Shown one piece after another: positions 57,481-64,000 of a stretch of DNA of 64,000 nt. A program made the position numbers and the translations under genes. The stretch is from Octopus vulgaris. Its lineage: Eukaryota. The first letter of the stretch is position 1. Each line of letters begins with the position of its first letter. The notes under the pieces are model-generated. The model searched no databases and was not told the DNA's origin. It saw only the letters and a list, made by a program, of their open reading frames with translations. The stretch covers positions 87,234,001 through 87,298,000 of the forward strand of contig OX597823.1 of assembly GCA_951406725.2 (NCBI GenBank), in the 5' to 3' direction.

Positions 57481-57850
57481 GAACAAAGCAAGATGCTTTC
57501 CTTCACAGTATTGCTACCAACTAGGTCGCAAGTCAAAATTTATTCTAAATTAAAATGAGAAACAGAGGATACAGATATACATACGTACACACACATACAT
57601 ACATACATACATACATACATACATACATACATACATACATACATACATACATACATACATACATACATACACGCGTATATACGTACATACACACGTATGT
57701 ATATATATATATATATATATACATACATATTGGCCTGCTCGCTTAGCCAGCGGAGTGGCGTCATTTGAAGGATAAAACAATGCGAAGCGCATTGTGACCA
57801 GCGATGAGTAGCAACATCTGGTAGTCTGGTCGGTCACGGTGATCACGGTG

Positions 57851-57909
<59 letters not shown>

Positions 57910-58259
57910 AATTGAGATAGGGGTTGTAAATACAACCCTCCATGGTATAACATATATCCAATATACTGCTAGTGAAGTACCCAACAAAGTTAATACATAA
58001 ATGTTAATTATTGCGATGCAATCAATTCATTTACTGTATTATATGGGCAAAGGTAAAATGATTTACCACAAATTACTAATACAAGATAAGAAAATGGAAA
58101 AATACATCTAAATCAAATATCAAGTACCAGATACATTCACATAGACGTGACAGACGTAAATAGACACCCTTATAATCATTAAAATTTATTTAACTCTGAA
58201 ATTATATATTCAAATTATTTCAAATTATTTATTCATTGTTATTATTTGAATATGTTATA

Positions 58260-59280
58260 TTTAGTAGACATGCCCTTTGTATTTTTCAATGCAAGGATCC
58301 TATGAGGCATGTTACTGATGAGATGACGTATATTCTCTTGTGGAATTTCTTACCAAAGTTCATGTAGTAATCTCAAAAGATCTGCTTTGAAGATGCATTG
58401 TTGTTCTTTTTATGAAGTGTCCTGTCCATTATGTACCTGAAGTGTTCAACAGAGTTCATATTTGGTGACTGGTTTGGCCATGGAAGCTTTTTAATGCCAT
58501 TCTCCTCCGACAAATTTTGGGTTATTTTAGCTCTGTGACAAGGAAGCCCATCTTACATAAACAAAGAGTCTTCTTTATTCATTTCATCACTGGAAAGGAT
58601 TGGAAGGAGTCTTTTATGCAATATGGAAACATATTTATCTGAGTTCGTGTTTCCCTCACACTCCACCAGCCCTGATCAACTATTGCACCAAATTGCTCCC
58701 GAGACCATTGCAGAATAGCTGCCATGTTTCATAGCTGATTGCAATCTGTTCACATAAAATTCTTGATCGCAGAGTCTCCAGACCAATATTCATCCACTGT
58801 CGGAAAATACAGCAAATCTGGACTCATCAGAGAATATAACACTGTCCCAAAATGCTATTGGTCTCTCCACTGGCCCAATATTTTCTCCGTTTGATGTTGG
58901 CTGGTCGAAGAACTGGCTTCCTTCTTGCTGCACTGTCATAGTAACCAAGTTTGTGGAGATACCTGATAGCTGTTCTGAGACTGACATCAATTTGTTCTGC
59001 TATGTCAGAGGACTTGCAACGCAGATTATCCTCCACACTACCCTTAACAAAGAGAAGGGTCCTGTCAGAGGGCCCTGGTTGACCTGGGCGAAGTGATGTG
59101 GACTCCTTCTCGCTTGTGAATTGCACAATCACTCTATTAACTGTAGGAATCGGGATCCCAAGGTTTTCTGCGATTTTATGCTGACTATGTCCACCTTCAG
59201 AATTATCCACTATACGGTCCGTTTGAAATTTAGACAGTTCCAAGGCTTCTTTTGTCACATATAGAACCTGAAACATTAAA
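58260..59280 (-). mobile_element. Tc1-family transposase pseudogene
   Basis: HTH region [20 protein letters not shown]...ARRKPVL (ORF 58827-59420), [13 protein letters not shown] (ORF 58790-58990), downstream DGLPCHRAK...LPWPNQSPNMNSVEH. Confidence 0.9.
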
Positions 59281-59479
59281 ATGTAACTTAATAAAAAATA
59301 TAAATATTTACAAGTTAGAATAAGCATAAAATGATGTTTTATGAGGTATCTATTTATTTCTGTCATTTCTGTGTATATATAAATAAATATATTGTTATTA
59401 TTAATAAATAATAACAACAATATAAGCGGCCAGCATGCATTAAAGCCAAAAAGGCAAATTTATAAATTTATAATTAATT

Positions 59480-59678
59480 ATTAATTATAAGTGAGGGTAC
59501 ACGAAGTAGTAGCATTGCTAGAAATAAGAGTTGAAAACTACCACCATTTCACTGAAAATACAACAAACGATTTTCGTGAACCTGTTGTATTTTCAGTGAA
59601 ATGGTGGCTTATTTGAGTATTTTTTAACTCTTATTTCTAGCAACGCTGGTACTTCGTCTACCCTCGGTTATAATTAAT
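59480..59678. repeat. ~200-bp palindromic (foldback) element
   Basis: Arms ATTAATTATAA..GAGGGTA.ACGAAGTA...TTGCTAGAAATAAGAGTT...CCACCATTTCACTGAAAATACAACA and their reverse complement around a ~17-nt loop. Confidence 0.9.
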
Positions 59679-59687
59679 GTTTAGTTT

Positions 59688-59739
<52 letters not shown>

Positions 59740-60698
59740 GAGATAGAGAGAGAGAGATGTGTGTGTATGTGTGTAAGTATAATTGTGTGTAAGTGTGTGC
59801 GTGTTTGTGTGTGTGTGGCGTGGTATGATTATGAAGTCTGTGTCACTAAGATTTGGTTCTGCGTTCGATTCCACTGTACCGCACCTGACATATAAGATAC
59901 CTATGGTAGCCTCGATTCATTGTAAATGGTATTTGGTAGGCGTTTGAGACTCCTTCAATGCTTGTCATATCATTTAGAAGTTTAGCCCTAGGTTAACGAT
60001 GATCATGTAAGGCATTTGTTCAACGACATTCCAGCTATGATCATCCTATTTTTTTACAAGGGTATTTTAGTTTTGGTTGATGCATTTATTGAAACTATTG
60101 GTTAGGACGCTAGTCTTGTTTTTTACATCTATATTTAATATTGATTTTGATTATTCCTAAAGGTTCTGAATAGAGCGGCAAATTAATTATTGGTTTCAAA
60201 TTTTTGCACGAGGCCAGCAATCAGTGTTTGATGCATTGATGAACAAACAACAATGTTGGAGAGCATAAAGATTAAAGTTGTAGTTGAGAAAAAGTTAGCT
60301 GATGTGGAGGAATGGAAGTCATTTAAATATTGGTTTCAAATTTTGGCACAGGTGCTGCAATTTCGGAGGAGAAGGTAAGTCGATTATATCGACCCCCTTG
60401 CTTAAATGGTTTTTATTTGATACATCCTCAAAGGAAGAAAGGCAAAGTCGACCTCGGTGGTATTTGAACTGAGAATACGAAGACGGACGAAATGCCGATA
60501 AGCACTTAGACCGGCGTGCTAACGAATCTGTCAGCCTTTCGTCTCAAACAGCTTATCTATTACGGAGGTCTACTTGCATAGCAAGTGACCTGATCTGAGA
60601 TCGTGTGCTGGAACGAAAATAGTTGCAACGTAGAAGGTGTTTATAAGCAATTTAAGAAACACAAAAACCGTTAGATTCACTTCAACATTTAAATTTAA

Positions 60699-60749
60699 TT
60701 TGTCAAAATATTTTCGTCGCTTTGAGACCGCGACCTCTTCACTGACAAA
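60699..60749 (-). ncRNA. Hammerhead-like motif, left arm (core GTGAAGA, G3/G8 mismatch)
   Basis: TTTGTCA-GTGAAGA-G-GTCGC-GGTCTCAAA-GCGAC-GAA-AATATT-T-TGACAAA. Confidence 0.6.
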
Positions 60750-60768
60750 ATTCGATGCAGCACAGAAT

Positions 60769-60819
60769 TTTGTCAGTGAACAGGTCGCAGTCTCATAGCG
60801 ACGAAAATATTTTGGCAAA
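60769..60819 (+). ncRNA. Hammerhead-like motif, right arm (core GTGAACA, compensated G3:C8)
   Basis: TTTGTCA-GTGAACA-G-GTCGC-AGTCTCATA-GCGAC-GAA-AATATT-T-TGGCAAA; stem I 7 bp with one G-U, stem II 5 bp, palindromic stem III. Confidence 0.68.
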
Positions 60820-61469
60820 CTAAATTTAAATGTTGAACGGAATCTAACGGGCTTTATGTGTTTCTTAAATGGCCTATAAGCTTATCTATTAAAAGCGTCA
60901 AACTCTTTTGCGTATCTCGAAACACATTAACCAAGACATTGACTGACATTTATATAAGGTAGGTTGAGGGTGCATCTACAGTTCATTGGGGTGTTGCTCT
61001 CAATTTTTGGAAGATCGGGGTTCCAATTCCTGAACTGGTGGTGCATTATCATTTTGAGCAAAGCACTTCATCTCACGTTACCCTTCGATTACTTCGACAT
61101 ATGACGTGTGGGACAGCGTGCACCTGTTCAGGCGAAATGGAATGAGTAAATTAATGTATAGAACCTACATGTGATCCCTGTAAACGAATCATTTGTGTAG
61201 AACGTTCAGTAAGAGATTTTAGAACCCTATTTGCCGGACTACGACAAACTACAAACATATTCGACGGCGAGTTGGCGGATTTGTAATTTTTCACTATTAC
61301 GTTTGTCACGTGAGACAAGTGCATAATAAAAAAGCATTTACCAGTAAAGGACACGGAAGCAGGGATGGAGTGGGGTAGGAAAAATATAAAACAATAAATT
61401 TGGGGAGAGAAAAAATTTCCTTTACAGAAAGAAACAGTAAACTAGTTCTTTGCCCTTTGCCCTCTCCTT

Positions 61470-61825
61470 GAGAAAGCTGCAACATAACCGACCAGATGTC
61501 ACTCTTCCACTGAAGGAGTCCACAGAATAGACCTGCATCGACGTAATTATATATTCAGTCCAAAATAGGATTATGACAGGACGAGAACGTCGGGAAGTAC
61601 CAGGACTTAAGACATGAAGTGAGAAGAGTACACTAAACCTCAAAAGAAAGTCTGGTACCTATTGTGATCCGTGCACGGTGGACGATCTCAAAAAGAGCAA
61701 TAATCTGGCAACGAAAATCTGCAGATATTAAACTACTTGGGACGTTGGTAGCATTATTTGGAACAGCACATGTGTAGAGAAAAGTATAGCGTCTCTGAGT
61801 AGCAGGATGGAACTGAGACGTGACA
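61470..61825 (+). mobile_element. Decayed R4/Dong-like LINE 3' fragment
   Basis: KLQHNRPDVT...CIDV, then ENVGKYQDLRHEV...LVPIVI...ALFGTAHV*RKV. Confidence 0.7.
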
Positions 61826-61860
61826 AAGTCATATAAAAAGCAGAAGTGAATTAAAATATA

Positions 61861-62112
61861 TATTTCTTTATTGCCCACAAGGGGCTAAACATAGAGGGGA
61901 CAAACAAGGCCAAAGGGATTAAGTCGATTACATCGACCCCAGTGCGTAATTGGTACTTTATTTATCGACCCCGAAAGGATGAAAGCCAAAGTCGACCTCG
62001 GCGGAATTTGAACTCAGAACGTAACGACAGACGAAATACCTATTTCTTTACTACCCACAAGGGGCTAAACACAGAGGGGACAATCAACGTTTCTGCCAGC
62101 TCGCCGCCTTCC
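61861..62112 (-). mobile_element. SINE family B with internal deletion and 15-bp TSD
   Basis: GTGAATTAAAATATA at 61846-61860 and 62113-62127. Confidence 0.9.
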
Positions 62113-62773
62113 GTGAATTAAAATATAAATAACCTTTTCTACTTTAGGCACAAGGCCTGAAAATTCTGGAGGGAGAAGGTGAGTCGATTACATCGACTAC
62201 CAGTGGTCAGCTGGCATTTATTTTATCTACCGCAAAAAGGCGAAAGGCGAAGTCCATCTCGGTTGGTTTTTGAACTGAAATGCCGTTACGATATTTTGTC
62301 TGGAGCTTTATTCTACCAGCTGATCGCCTTTCAAATCACTTTCCTAATTTCTCTAATATCGACATAACGAAACCTTTTACTTAAAAACTAAATCTGCTTA
62401 TAATGGCTGCCTTAGTGTGATATGTTTCGCTTGTATCTGTCGCCATTATATATATTCACATTCAAGCAAACATGGCGTTTTCGCATTTTGCTTTAAATTA
62501 TTTAATTCTACGTATATTCTTTATTTCGTGCAAGTCACATTTTATGCTCGCGTCATATTGTAGCAAGAAAATGGATGCAGGCACTGCGAATCCAATATAT
62601 TTCATACAAAATCTCGTAATCCTACAAAAAAGCTGTGTAATCAGCATACAAACATTTGGAAAGTGTTATTTTACTAGAGTTTTTTCTTTAGTTTCTTTTT
62701 TATTAATATTATTATTATGAGGTTAAATCCACTAGGCCACTCTGCCGCTATGGAGCACGCCTTCCCATAAACA

Positions 62774-62991
<218 letters not shown>

Positions 62992-63162
62992 ATTATATAT
63001 AAATATATATATGTGTGTGTATATATATATATATATAAACACAAATATATAAGCACAAATATATATATAGACATATATATATATGTATTTGTATACGTAT
63101 ACATACATTCACACAAACATACATATAATATGGGAATGTTTGTTTGTTTGTTTGTTTGTATG

Positions 63163-63229
<67 letters not shown>

Positions 63230-63734
63230 TTGTTAATACTCTGTCTAAGTTCTCTTGAAGCATTAATGTTAAACGTAAACTAATATACCAAGAAATCAAG
63301 AAATGTAGAAAGCAGTAAGATTTCCTTACGTGATTTAGGATAATACTCTCGATCCATTATCGGTAATGGAGACAGAAATTTTCCTCGCAACAATTCAAAT
63401 GTTTAGAGGCAAAAGGAATTTTGTCTTGTTTTTTTTTTTCCTGATTTTTTTATAATGGTTTGATCTACTGGAAGAGACTCTGTCAATAGCTTGCTTAGAC
63501 CTTTCGAGATTGTTAGGTTTTTGACATCGGCAATGTTAATTTCTATCTTAAACAGTTACAAGAAAACCATAGGTACTGACAGAATTCCATAGGGTTCAGA
63601 TTCTGTGGAGAAAGGACTGGTCGTTGTGGTTAATGAGGTGTTTAGGATGATGGGGGCCAAAAAAAATGTAATGATATTTCTGCACGAATACTGGATGTTC
63701 TGACTAAATTTGAAGGTATTTTCTTTACTTCTTA

Positions 63735-64000
63735 AGGCAGCGGGCTGGCAGAAACGTTAGCACGCCGGGCGAAATGCGTAGCCGTATTTCGTCTGCCGTT
63801 GCGTTCTGGGTTCAAATTCCGCCGAGGTCGACCTTGCCTTTCATCCTTTCGGAGTCGATTAAATAAGTACCAGTTAGGCATTAGGGTCGATATAATCGAC
63901 TTAATCCGTTTGTCTGTCCTTGTTTGTTCTCTCTGTGTTTAGCCCCTTGTGGGTAGTAAAGAAATAGGTATTTTGTTTACTTCTTAAGGCGGCGGGCTGG
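63735..64000 (+). mobile_element. SINE family B; a second head begins at the window edge
   Basis: Full unit, then the upstream flank GGTATTTT.TTTACTTCTTAAGGC and the head are repeated. Confidence 0.88.

Larger units (their letters stand above)
60563..60878. mobile_element. TSD-flanked palindromic insertion with two outward-facing hammerhead motifs
   Basis: 13-bp direct repeat AGCTTATCTATTA at 60550-60562 and 60879-60891; inverted arms 60641-60753 and 60765-60879. Confidence 0.85.

Overview
Eukaryotic, AT-rich, extremely microsatellite-dense DNA. The repeat content (two very abundant tRNA-headed SINE families, (TA)n/(TACA)n/(GATA)n/(TCA)n/(TTA)n arrays) looks like an Octopus/cephalopod genome; this is recognition, not a database result. 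No intact host protein-coding gene is supportable, and almost all ORF-track entries are translations of simple repeats. The window is intronic or intergenic. It holds decayed transposons (a TIR-bounded mariner, two Tc1 fragments, RTE, L1/Tx1-like and four R4/Dong-like LINE fragments, two Penelope-like GIY-YIG fragments), dozens of SINEs and a U6 snRNA retrocopy abutting a SINE. The strongest hidden signal is a set of at least eight type-I hammerhead ribozyme (HHR) motifs from several unrelated Penelope-like or short non-autonomous elements. Two have fully canonical cores with unusually long stem II hairpins (27269-27363, 40594-40684). One lies in the 3' region of a GIY-YIG element (28293-28355). 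Three are minimal HHRs in ~200-bp elements embedded in (TA)n. The last two form a back-to-back pair inside a TSD-flanked palindromic insertion (60563-60878), one with a compensated G3:C8 core. All folds were paired by eye and cleavage is untested.
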